Notes: generated from the letters alone by a model not told the origin. Shown: positions 45,996-55,039, counted from the first letter of the stretch. The stretch is DNA of 64,000 bases from Thermoplasmata archaeon (GCA_034667725.1 JAXDQS010000010.1:96001-160000); one strand, 5' to 3'. A program made the numbers and translations.

Positions 45996-47468
45996 ATGCC
46001 CAAGGCCGTGCGCACCTCCAGCGACGGCCTGCGCCGCGAGCTGAACCTGTTCGGCGCCGTCTCGCTCATCGTCGGCATCGTGATCGGCTCCGGCATCTTC
46101 CTCGGCGTCAACCGGGTGGCGGCCGGCGCCGGCTCGCCCGCCTTGGTCGTCCTGGTCTGGGTCCTCGGCGGCGCCCTTACCGTCATCGGCGCCCTCACCT
46201 ACGCAGAGCTGGGCACGATGTTCCCGCGCGCCGGCGGCGAGTACGTCTTCCTGCGCGAGGGCCTTGGCGGCTTCTGGGCGTTCCTGTCCGGCTGGACGGC
46301 CTTCACCATCAACCTGGCCGGCTCGGCGGCGGCGCTCGCGGTGGTGTTCGCGGCCCAGCTCGACGCGCTCAAGCCCGCCGGGTTTGGCGCGTTCGTGCTG
46401 GTGGACGCCTGGATCGCCGGCTACCACCTCGTCATCGAGGGCGTCAAGGTCACGGCGGCGGCCACCATCCTGCTGCTCGCGATCGTCAACTACTTCGGCA
46501 TCCGGCTCGGCGGCAACGTCCAGAAGACCCTCACCGTGCTGAAGTACACCCTTATCGTCGGCTTGGCCGCGGCGGCGCTGTTCTACTTCGGCGACAGCCC
46601 CACGCCCGACGTCGGCTTCTTCGAGGACGCCCGCTACAGCTACCACGAAGGTGGCGGCGGCACGGGCCCGATGGTGGTCCACGACGGCTTCGACCTCGGC
46701 CAGTTCCTCGGCCTCGCCATGGTCGCGGCGCTGTTTGCCTACGACGGCTGGACCAACGTGGTGCGCGTCGGCTCCGAGCTGCGGGACCCCGCCCGCAACC
46801 TCCCCAAGGCGATGCTCCTGGGCCTCGGCTCGGTGGCCGTGCTCTACATCCTCGTCAGCTTCGGCTACCTGCAGGTCCTCGGGTTCGCGGGCTTCGCCCA
46901 GAGCCCCAAGACGGTCGCCAGCGACGCCGCCCACGTGCTGTTCGGCGGCCCCGGCCAAGCCATCGTCGCCAGCATGATTCTGGTCTCGGTGGCCGGCAGC
47001 CTCAACGGCATCACCATCAGCGGCCCGCGCGTCTACTACGCCATGAGCCGCGACGGCGTCTTCCCCACCATGTTCTCGAAGGTCAACCGCCACGCCGTGC
47101 CCGCCCGCGCCATCTGGGTCCAGGCCGGCCTCAGCGTGCTGTTCCTGTTCTTCTTCGACTTCGAGTCGCTCACCGACAACGTGGTGTTCATCTCGTTCAT
47201 CTTCTACGCCATGGCCGCCGTCGGCCTCATGGTCCTGCGCAAGACCCGGCCCGACCTGGAGCGCCCCTACAAGGTGCCCGGCTACCCGGTCGTCCCGCTG
47301 CTGTTCATCGCGACCTCGCTCGCCTTCGTCGGCTACCTCTTGTGGCAGCAGGTCACGACCTTCTCGGCGAACAACTTCAGCCGCCTCGCGGGCCTCGCCG
47401 TCGTCGCGGCGGGCGTGCCGGTGTATTTCTGGTACCGCAAGCACCGCGGTCCGGTCAGCACGTCGTGA
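45996..47468 (+). CDS. APC-family amino acid permease (LAT-like)
   Basis: IGSGIF, YAELGTMFPRAGGEY, FAYDGW, ELRDPARNLPKA, RPYKVP. Confidence 0.93.
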   Translation: MPKAVRTSSDGLRRELNLFGAVSLIVGIVIGSGIFLGVNRVAAGAGSPALVVLVWVLGGALTVIGALTYAELGTMFPRAGGEYVFLREGLGGFWAFLSGWTAFTINLAGSAAALAVVFAAQLDALKPAGFGAFVLVDAWIAGYHLVIEGVKVTAAATILLLAIVNYFGIRLGGNVQKTLTVLKYTLIVGLAAAALFYFGDSPTPDVGFFEDARYSYHEGGGGTGPMVVHDGFDLGQFLGLAMVAALFAYDGWTNVVRVGSELRDPARNLPKAMLLGLGSVAVLYILVSFGYLQVLGFAGFAQSPKTVASDAAHVLFGGPGQAIVASMILVSVAGSLNGITISGPRVYYAMSRDGVFPTMFSKVNRHAVPARAIWVQAGLSVLFLFFFDFESLTDNVVFISFIFYAMAAVGLMVLRKTRPDLERPYKVPGYPVVPLLFIATSLAFVGYLLWQQVTTFSANNFSRLAGLAVVAAGVPVYFWYRKHRGPVSTS

Positions 47469-48252
47469 GCGCGAGCGCCTTCGCCAGCACCGTGTACTCC
47501 CACGGCGACACCTCGGCCGCCGTCCGCGCCGCGCCGTTGACCTGGGCGATCGCCTCGGTCACGGCCTGCGGCGGCACGCCGAGCGTCTCCGCAAGCGGCG
47601 CCAGGCTGTGCCGCAGTGTCCGCGCCTTCGCCCCCCATGCCGCCTCCAGCACGGTGTCCAGCATCGCGAGGTCGAGCGCCTCGTCGCGCGGCTTGGGCCG
47701 AATCTCGACGACGCAGCACGGCACCGCCGGCGGCGGGTCGAAGTCCTTGCGGCGCAGCGGGAACAGCACCTTGGCCTTGGCGCGCGCCGCCACCTGCACC
47801 GTGAGCCGGCCGTAGCCCTCCTGCTTCGGCCCCGCCGTCAGCCGCTCCGCCAACTCCTGCGGCATCACCAGGACGGCGTGCCCGAAGCCATGGTCCAGCA
47901 GGCGGCGCAGCAGCGCAGGCAGGATGCGGAACGGCGGGTTCGAGACCACCGCGTCGATGCGCGGCGGCAAGCGGACCGCGAGCGCGTCGCCCTGCACGAC
48001 GCGGACGCCCGGCAGCGCCATGCTCGCAAGGCGCCCGGCCCGGTCGGCGTCGCGCTCGACCGCGAGCACCGAGCCGCCCGGCTGCACGGCCGCCGCCACC
48101 GCCCGCGTGAGGGCGCCCGTGCCGGCGCCCACGTCGAGCGCGTGCAGGCCCGGCGCGAGGCCGGCGGCGGCCACCAGCCGCGCCACGACCTCGGGGCTCG
48201 CCGACAGGAAGTGGGCGCCCTCCGCGCGGGTCTCGGGGTCGGTGCGGGGCAC
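47455..48252 (-). CDS. rsmA: rRNA adenine dimethyltransferase family (RsmA/KsgA-like)
   Basis: GAHFL, DVGAGTGALT, GDAL, VSNPPF, QELAERL, YGRL, FDPPP. Confidence 0.75.
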   Translation of the reverse strand: MPRTDPETRAEGAHFLSASPEVVARLVAAAGLAPGLHALDVGAGTGALTRAVAAAVQPGGSVLAVERDADRAGRLASMALPGVRVVQGDALAVRLPPRIDAVVSNPPFRILPALLRRLLDHGFGHAVLVMPQELAERLTAGPKQEGYGRLTVQVAARAKAKVLFPLRRKDFDPPPAVPCCVVEIRPKPRDEALDLAMLDTVLEAAWGAKARTLRHSLAPLAETLGVPPQAVTEAIAQVNGAARTAAEVSPWEYTVLAKALALTTC

Positions 48253-48302
48253 GGCCGCGCCACGGGCGAAGTCCTCATCCCCTTTGCCCTCCTGACCGCC
48301 GC

Positions 48303-49979
48303 GTGGACGCGCTCGAGGCCGCCCGCCGCCTGGCCGACGCCGCCTTCGAGGCGTGGCGGCGCATCCAGGACGACGCCGACCGGCACGCCAAGGTCGGCCT
48401 GGGCGCGGGCGGCAACCTCACCAGCCGCGCCGACGCCGTGCTGGAGGCCGCCATCCTGGAGGAGGCGCGCCGGCTCGGCATCGCGGTGCTGTCCGAGGAG
48501 GCCGGCCTCGTGGACATCCCGGACTCCAAGTGGCTCGCCGTGGTGGACCCGCTCGACGGCAGCCGCAACGCCGGCCGCGGCATCCCGTTCCACTGCACCA
48601 GCGTCGCCATCGCCCCGCGCGCCGGGACCCTCAAGGACCTGGAGGCCGGCGTGGTGCGGAACCTCGTCACCGGCGACACCTACGCCTGCCGCAAGGGCGG
48701 CGGCGCCACCGTCAATGGCAAGCCGCTGGCGCCCGCCGCGTTCGACCCCGAGGAGGTCATGGTCGGCGTCATCGCAGACTACTCCGAGACCGAGATCGAC
48801 GAGGCGCACGCCAGCCCCGACCACCACATCCGCGACCTGGGGTCGGCGGCGCTGGAGATGTGCCTCGTCGGCACCGGCGCCCTCGACGCCTTCATCGTCC
48901 GCAAGCCGTGGCTCCGGGTCATCGACCTGGCCGCCGCGACCCTGTTCATCCGCGAGTGCGGCGGCGCCGTCCACGATCCGATGACGGGCCTGGAGCTGGA
49001 GGTCCACCTCGATCTCGCGGTGCGCTGCGGCGTGCTTGCGACCCACGACGCCGAGGCGCGGCAGGCGGTCTCCACCACCCGCATCCGGCCCGTGCGGACG
49101 CCGGCGGGCAAGATGACCGGCCCCGTCACGCCGGGCCAGGACACGGCCCTCACCTGGGCCATCGTCGGCAAGGGCGGCATCCCGCACATCCGCCGCGAGG
49201 CGATGTGGCTGCGGCAGGCGCTCCTGGACCGCGGCCAGCACGTCCTGTTGGAGGAGGACTTGGCGAAGGCGACCGGCGAGAAGGGCCACACCCTCGACCA
49301 GCTCGACCGCGACGCCGACCTGTTTTTGACCGTGGGCGGCGACGGCACCATCCTGATGGTCCTGCACGCCACCGACAAGCCGATCTTCGGCGTCAACGCG
49401 GGCGCCATCGGGTTCCTCGCCGAGGTGGAGCCGCCGCAGGCCGCGCTCGGCATCGACCAGATTATCCGCGGCGACTACCGGGTCGAGCAGCGCGACAAGC
49501 TCCAGGCCTGGCTCGACCAGCGCCGCCTCCCGGACGCCACCAACGAGGTCACGCTGCAGACCAGCCGCATCGCCAAGCTCATCCGCTTCACCATCACCGT
49601 CTCGGGCGAGGTGCTGGACACGCTGCGCGGCGACGGCATCATCGTCAGCACCGCGACGGGCAGCACTGGCTACGCCATGAGCGTCGGCGGGCCCCTCGTC
49701 CATCCCCTCGTCCACGGCACCGTGCTGGCCCCGATCGCGCCGTTCCGCCTCAGCGCGCGGCCATGGGTCGTGCCCTCCGACGCCGTGATCGAGCTGACCC
49801 TGCTGGAGCGCGACAGCAGCCAAGGCGAGCAGCACGCCCGCGTCGTCGTGGACGGCCAGCACGGCCTCGACGTCCGCCCAGGCCAGACCGTCCGCATCAT
49901 GCCGAGCCCCCGCAAGGCCCGCTTCATCCGCCTCGGCTCCGGCTACTACGAACGGGTCCGCACCAAGCTCACGAGGTGA
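48303..49979 (+). CDS. Bifunctional inositol-monophosphatase-like NADP phosphatase / NAD kinase
   Basis: N-terminal SEE, VVDPLDGS, RDLGSAAL; C-terminal GGDGT, GVNAG.IGFL, NE, TATGSTGY..S.GGP. Confidence 0.92.
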   Translation: MDALEAARRLADAAFEAWRRIQDDADRHAKVGLGAGGNLTSRADAVLEAAILEEARRLGIAVLSEEAGLVDIPDSKWLAVVDPLDGSRNAGRGIPFHCTSVAIAPRAGTLKDLEAGVVRNLVTGDTYACRKGGGATVNGKPLAPAAFDPEEVMVGVIADYSETEIDEAHASPDHHIRDLGSAALEMCLVGTGALDAFIVRKPWLRVIDLAAATLFIRECGGAVHDPMTGLELEVHLDLAVRCGVLATHDAEARQAVSTTRIRPVRTPAGKMTGPVTPGQDTALTWAIVGKGGIPHIRREAMWLRQALLDRGQHVLLEEDLAKATGEKGHTLDQLDRDADLFLTVGGDGTILMVLHATDKPIFGVNAGAIGFLAEVEPPQAALGIDQIIRGDYRVEQRDKLQAWLDQRRLPDATNEVTLQTSRIAKLIRFTITVSGEVLDTLRGDGIIVSTATGSTGYAMSVGGPLVHPLVHGTVLAPIAPFRLSARPWVVPSDAVIELTLLERDSSQGEQHARVVVDGQHGLDVRPGQTVRIMPSPRKARFIRLGSGYYERVRTKLTR

Positions 49980-49984
49980 GGGGC

Positions 49985-50527
49985 GTGGGATGGTTCGGCC
50001 GCAACAAGACCCGCCGCTTGGCCGTGCGGGAGGGCTACGAGAAACTGCCCGAGGAGGAATGGACCGAGGACGAGGTCGACCACCACCTCCAGACCTGCTC
50101 CGAGGACGAATACTGGGCCTACTGGGACCGCTGGAGCCTGGACACTTACGAGCACCCCACCGTCCGCAAGATCCGCAAGTCGGCGCTCGACATGGGCTTC
50201 GAGGCCGCGCGCGCCAGCTTCCCCCAAGAGTTCGGCTGCATGCTCCGGGTCGAGAAGGACACCATCACCGAACTCGTCCTGGTCCCCGGCACCATCCAAG
50301 GCGACGAGCACGCCATCTTCGCCCTGGGCAACCTCCCGGTGGACCGCAGCATCCAAGGCACGCTGCACAGCCACCCCGACCCGCATCCCTACCCAAGCGA
50401 CGCCGACTTCGAATTGTTCGAGCACCACGGCACCATCCACCTGATCCTCGCGCAGCCGTACGAGGGCGAGGCGTGGCGGGCGTACGACCACACTGGCGTG
50501 CCGACCTACTTGGACGTCGTTGACTGA
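49985..50527 (+). CDS. JAMM/MPN+ metalloprotease with acidic N-terminal extension
   Basis: PQEF...GTLHSHP....PSDAD; GTG start at 49985. Confidence 0.88.
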   Translation: MGWFGRNKTRRLAVREGYEKLPEEEWTEDEVDHHLQTCSEDEYWAYWDRWSLDTYEHPTVRKIRKSALDMGFEAARASFPQEFGCMLRVEKDTITELVLVPGTIQGDEHAIFALGNLPVDRSIQGTLHSHPDPHPYPSDADFELFEHHGTIHLILAQPYEGEAWRAYDHTGVPTYLDVVD

Positions 50528-50531
50528 CCCA

Positions 50532-50828
50532 CGGGCACCCGACGAGCACCGATTTTCACAGATTCGGAAGATTCCCACAGAGGTCTGTGGAATTTTTGGC
50601 TAGGCCCAGCCAAATCCAAGCAAGGGTCTGTGGAATCTGTGTGCGTCGGGCACCCGACGGGCACCGATTCCCCCAGATTCGGAAGATTCCCACAGACGAT
50701 CTGGGGAATTTTGGCTAGGCCCCTCCAACTCCAAAGCCAGGGTCTGTGGAATCTGTGTGCGACGGGCACTGATTCCCTCAGATTGGGAAGATTCCCACAG
50801 GCGGTCTGTGGAGTCTGGGTCCAATTGG
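50532..50828 (+). repeat. Family A array 5 (~2.5 units)
   Basis: Three GATT(C/G)GGAAGATTCCCACAG cores; begins 5 nt after the JAMM stop. Confidence 0.95.
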
Positions 50829-50870
50829 CAGTGGCGCAGGTTGAAACCTCCCAGCCCGCTCCAGTGACCG

Positions 50871-51851
50871 ATGGAGGCCTGGGAGCCATGGGTCGCCGCC
50901 GCCTTCGCCCCCGCCGCCGTGTGGGTCCTCTGGCGCTTCCAGACCTGGTCGGTCGAGTTCTTGCGCTGGCGCCTCGTCAAGCTGGTGGGCCACGCCAACT
51001 GGCTGTACGCGACGGTGAGCTTCTTCGGCGTCCTGCTGCATGAGCTGAGCCACGCCTCGGTGCTGCTGCTCTCCGGCCACGGCGTGAAGGAGTTCCGCAG
51101 CGGCATGGAGTCCGGCCACGTCCTGCCCGCCCGCACGCGCACCGGGTTCGTCGGCACGCTCTCGTTCTTGGTCGCGGCGCTGGCGCCCATGTTCATCCCG
51201 CCGCTGCTGGTCCTCCTTGGCGTCGTCTTCCTGGTGGACCGCGGCGTCGTGGACCTGCTGCCCGGCGGCGACGGCCTCCTGGGCGCCTGGGAAGGCCTGC
51301 GCGTCGTCCTCGTCGAGTTCCCCGTCCGCTTCGCCCAAGCCGTCGCCCGCCTCGACCTCGCCCACTGGCCCCACCTCGTCGTCCTGCTGCTCCTCTTGCT
51401 CGGGATGCCGGCGGCCCGCCCCAGCCACATCAAGCGCAGCCGGTTCCACGGCGGCTCCGAAGGCGACGTCGCCGTCCTCCGGGCCCGCATCCGGCACAAC
51501 CCGGTCCCGTTCCTGCTGTTTTTGGCCCTCCTCTACGCCGCCTACCTCACGGTGCGCGTCTGGCTGCCCGAGGCCTACTGGGGCGCGTTCCAATGGGTCT
51601 GGGCCGTCGCCGCCACCGGCGTCCTCCTGTCCGCGTTCGGCGCCGCCTGGTGGAGCCTCGCCGCCATGAACGCCCGCACCAGCCTGCTGTTCGCCTGGGT
51701 GCCGTTCCTGCTGTTCGTCGCCGTCGAGACGGCGCTGCGCGTCGTGCGCCCCACCGACCCCATGTGGGCCAACGCGGCGGCCGTGGCGGCATGGGCGGGC
51801 GCGACGGCGGTGCTGCGGTTCATGTTCCCGCGCCGGGTGCGCTCCTTCTGA
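50871..51851 (+). CDS. Membrane protein with HExxH (M50-like metalloprotease)
   Basis: GVLLHELSHA, GHV, ALAP in a multi-TM protein. Confidence 0.7.
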   Translation: MEAWEPWVAAAFAPAAVWVLWRFQTWSVEFLRWRLVKLVGHANWLYATVSFFGVLLHELSHASVLLLSGHGVKEFRSGMESGHVLPARTRTGFVGTLSFLVAALAPMFIPPLLVLLGVVFLVDRGVVDLLPGGDGLLGAWEGLRVVLVEFPVRFAQAVARLDLAHWPHLVVLLLLLLGMPAARPSHIKRSRFHGGSEGDVAVLRARIRHNPVPFLLFLALLYAAYLTVRVWLPEAYWGAFQWVWAVAATGVLLSAFGAAWWSLAAMNARTSLLFAWVPFLLFVAVETALRVVRPTDPMWANAAAVAAWAGATAVLRFMFPRRVRSF

Positions 51852-51890
51852 AAGCGAACGCTTTTGCCGCGCGCCCGAGGTCTTGCCGCG

Positions 51891-52631
51891 ATGGGGCGCC
51901 TCCACCTCTTGCCCGGCGAGCGCGAGGAGCTCCGCCTGCGCCCCGCCGCCCTGAGCCGCCTCCCGGACTACGCCGTGGCCTTGGCCCCCGCGGCCGGCGC
52001 GGGCCTGCTCTGGCTTGCGACCCTGGCGCCCAGCTGGCGCCCGCCGGCCGCCGACGCGCCGTGGCTGCACCAAATCTACGGCACGCCGTTCGCCGTGGCG
52101 CTCTACGCCCTCGTGGTGCTGGCGGCCGCGGGCGCTGCGCACCTGCTGCTGCGCCGCAAGGCGTGGGGCTTGCTGGCCGCCGTCGGCGCGATGCTCTGGC
52201 TTGCGGCCGGGGTCGTTGCGTTCCCCGACGTGTCCGCCGAAACGCGCATCCCGGTCCAGCTTGCGTGCCTCAGCGTGCCGGCGCTGGCGTGGGTCGAGAC
52301 GGTGCGCCGCACGACCCGCTACGCCGTCACCAACCTCCGCCTCGTCGTCCAGGTCGCGCTGCCGCGCGCGGCCCAGGGCGCGTTCCTGCACGAGGATCTA
52401 GTGGACGTGGACGGCAGGCGCGGCCTCGGCGACACCGGCACCATCACCGCCGTGCGGCGCGGCACCGAGGCGCCCCGCGAGCTGCACCTGGCCGGCGTGC
52501 GGCCCTACAAGCGGGTGCTGGCGGCCGTCGAGCTGTTGGTGCAGAAGGCGACCCAGAGCGAGGCGCTGCGGCGGCAGGCGGGCATCGACCGGCGCGTCGG
52601 CGAGGCGCTGGCGGCGCTGCAACGGCATTAG
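51891..52631 (+). CDS. Membrane protein with bacterial PH-like domain
   Basis: LLPGE N-terminus, TMs, then TRYAVTNLRL...GDTGTI. Confidence 0.65.
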   Translation: MGRLHLLPGEREELRLRPAALSRLPDYAVALAPAAGAGLLWLATLAPSWRPPAADAPWLHQIYGTPFAVALYALVVLAAAGAAHLLLRRKAWGLLAAVGAMLWLAAGVVAFPDVSAETRIPVQLACLSVPALAWVETVRRTTRYAVTNLRLVVQVALPRAAQGAFLHEDLVDVDGRRGLGDTGTITAVRRGTEAPRELHLAGVRPYKRVLAAVELLVQKATQSEALRRQAGIDRRVGEALAALQRH

Positions 52632-52678
52632 CGACCCGCGCCACCACCGTTAAGGAGCAGGGCGGCGTCGCTGCGACC

Positions 52679-52993
52679 GTGCCCTTCTGCCCGAACTGCA
52701 AGAAGCTGGTCTATCCCGTCAAGGGCCAGATGACCTGCAAGAACCCCGCCTGCAACTGGACGGGGGAGGCGGCCGAGTCGGGCTCCATCCTGCGCAGCAC
52801 CGCCGGCGAGGGCACCCGCAAGCGCGTCATCCTGGAGGAGAAGGTCGAGGCCCGTCCCGAACAGGTCATCACCTGCCCGAAGTGCCAGCACAACAAGGCC
52901 TACTTCCACCTCATGCAGACCCGCCGCTCCGACGAGCCGCCGACGCAGATCAACGAGTGCGTCAAGTGCGGCCACTCCTGGCGCGAGTACTAG
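52679..52993 (+). CDS. tfs: Transcription factor S (TFS/RpoM)
   Basis: FCPNC...C....C and CPKC..QTRRSDEP...CVKCGHSWREY with intact DE; GTG 29 nt after CCGTTAAGG. Confidence 0.95.
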   Translation: MPFCPNCKKLVYPVKGQMTCKNPACNWTGEAAESGSILRSTAGEGTRKRVILEEKVEARPEQVITCPKCQHNKAYFHLMQTRRSDEPPTQINECVKCGHSWREY

Positions 52994-52999
52994 CTTCTC

Positions 53000-53389
53000 G
53001 ACGCGCGCCGATTCCCGCAGACGGTCTGTGGAGTTTTTCGCCACGCCCCGCCAGAATCAAAGCCAGGGTCTGTGTGCGTCGGGGAAACGGACGGGCACTG
53101 ATTTTTTCCCTGATTCGGAAGATTCCCACAGACTATCTGTGGAATTCTGTTCCTAGGCCCCGCCAACTCCAAAGCCAGGGTCTGTGGAATCTGTGTGCGT
53201 GGGGCACCCGACGGGCACCGATCTTCACAGATTGGGAAGATTCCCACAGATGATCTGTGGAATTTTTGGCTAGGCCCTGCCAGGTCCAATGTCGGGGTCT
53301 GTGGAATCTGTGTGCGTCGGGCGCCCGACGGGCACTGATTCCCTCAGATTCGGAAGATTCCCTCAGAGCTTGTGGAATCCTTGTCCAAG
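53000..53389 (+). repeat. Family A array 6 (~3.5 units)
   Basis: Same unit; begins 7 nt after the tfs stop; lies between convergent genes. Confidence 0.95.
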
Positions 53390-53441
53390 CAGCGCAGAAA
53401 AAAGAGCTGGAAGAAGGAAGGGAGAAGGAGTCCACGCCGTC

Positions 53442-53687
53442 TTAATGGCGCTTGATCACGGTGACGTCGTCGTCATCGTAGTCGCGGACGCGGTGGGTGC
53501 GCTCGGCGGGCGCGCGGTCCGCGAAGCCCATCACCGACAGGCCCAGGATCAGCAGGATGCCCGCGATGAGCATGCTCACCGGGACCCACCGGTCGAGGCC
53601 GGACTGGAAGAAGAACATCAGCAGGGCCCCGATGACAAGCAGGGTGCCCAGCAGGTAGAGGACCATGCGGCCAGCGCTCAGGGCCAT
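53442..53687 (-). CDS. Small 2-TM hypothetical protein
   Basis: Two hydrophobic helices and a charged tail; pyrimidine tract follows on the minus strand. Confidence 0.65.
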   Translation of the reverse strand: MALSAGRMVLYLLGTLLVIGALLMFFFQSGLDRWVPVSMLIAGILLILGLSVMGFADRAPAERTHRVRDYDDDDVTVIKRH

Positions 53688-53924
53688 CAGAGCACCTCCG
53701 GGTCCCAGCAGGTCCGTTGGCTTGCTTCAGAGCGGAGGGTTCCGTCCATGGGCGCCTTTCTCCGTTCCCCTCCCTATGAGGCTTGGGCAAGGGACGCCGG
53801 GAACTCCACGGCGCCCCCCAAGCCGGTCCCGCGGAAGGCGCGGGGCGGCGAGCTTGGACGTTCCCCGCAGCAACGGCCGGTGTTTGCTCACGCTTAAGAT
53901 GGCGCCTCCTTTGGAGCGCCCGCC

Positions 53925-54662
53925 ATGCTGAAGGCGAAGGTCAAGTCGGAAGTGCTCAAGACCATGCTGGACGCGGTCTCGACGCTGGTCGACGAGGCGA
54001 AGATCCAGGTCACCCCCGAAGGCATCAGCCTGAAGGCCGTGGACCCGGCGCACGTGGCCATGATCGACCTGAGCCTGGGCAAGCGCGCCTTCGTCGAGTT
54101 CAAGGGCACCGACATGGACCTGGGCGTCGACCTGGACAAGCTGAAGGACATCCTCAAGCTCGCCGGCGGCCAGGACATCATCGAGCTGGAGTACAAGGAG
54201 GACGCGCACAAGCTCGTCTTCAAGATTGGCAACGTCACCCGCCGCATGGCCCTCGTGGACACCGCCAACATGAGCGACCCGAAGGTCCCCAACCTCAACC
54301 TCCCCAACCAGGTCACCGTCCTGGCCGGCGAGCTCCTGAAGGGCATCAAGGCGTCCGAGGCGGTCTCCGACCACGTCGCCCTGGTGGCGCACGGCCGCTC
54401 CTTCGAGCTCATCGCCGAGGGCGACACCGACCACGCCGCCCTCCTTTTGGATGGCGACAAGCTCCTCAAGATCCAGGCGCCCGAGAAGTCGCGCAGCCTG
54501 TTCAGCCTCGACTACTTCAGCAACATGAGCCGCGCCGTGCCCCCCGCGGGCGCCGTGACGCTCCACCTCGGCTCCGACTACCCCGTCAAGATCGAGTTCG
54601 ACATCGCCGACGGCGCCGGCCACATCACCTACCTGCTGGCGCCCCGCATCGAATCGGAGTGA
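53925..54662 (+). CDS. pcn: DNA polymerase sliding clamp PCNA
   Basis: AVDPAHVAM, GVDLDKL, SLFSLDY, DYPVK, YLLAPRIE. Confidence 0.97.
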   Translation: MLKAKVKSEVLKTMLDAVSTLVDEAKIQVTPEGISLKAVDPAHVAMIDLSLGKRAFVEFKGTDMDLGVDLDKLKDILKLAGGQDIIELEYKEDAHKLVFKIGNVTRRMALVDTANMSDPKVPNLNLPNQVTVLAGELLKGIKASEAVSDHVALVAHGRSFELIAEGDTDHAALLLDGDKLLKIQAPEKSRSLFSLDYFSNMSRAVPPAGAVTLHLGSDYPVKIEFDIADGAGHITYLLAPRIESE

Positions 54663-54666
54663 GCCG

Positions 54667-55002
54667 ATGCGCGCCGGCCTGCTCGCGTTGGCGGTCCTGC
54701 TGGCCGGCTGCACGACGCCCGCCGCCACCCTGAGCGGCGAGGGCCTGGTGAACGCCTCCGGCCTGGTCCAGATGGCGCCCGAGTGCGGCGCGGAGGGCAT
54801 CCTCAAGGTCGTCGTCCAAGGCACGGCGGGCGCGATCGAAGCGACCGTGACCGACGGCGCCGGCGCCACCATCGCGGACCGGGTCCGGTTCGCGGGCGAC
54901 CACGACGGCGAGATGGACCTCGGCGGCGCGGCGGGGACCTGGAAGGTCGAGCTGCGGCAAATCGGGTTCACGGGCGACTACAGCCTCGAGCTGGACTGCT
55001 GA
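54667..55002 (+). CDS. Small lipoprotein (paralog 1)
   Basis: LLAGC; V.DGAG...G.AGTW; single beta-sandwich. Confidence 0.65.
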   Translation: MRAGLLALAVLLAGCTTPAATLSGEGLVNASGLVQMAPECGAEGILKVVVQGTAGAIEATVTDGAGATIADRVRFAGDHDGEMDLGGAAGTWKVELRQIGFTGDYSLELDC

Positions 55003-55039
55003 CGGCACCTTCAAGAGCCGGCGCCGGGGTGGACCGCCC

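Noticed and set aside
42704-46198. Very long alternative-frame or antisense ORFs (e.g. 1164 aa here, 23351-25939, 45083-47815, 2984-5344)
   Set aside because: These are Arg/Pro/Gly-rich shadow ORFs expected at this GC content, and they overlap well-supported genes.
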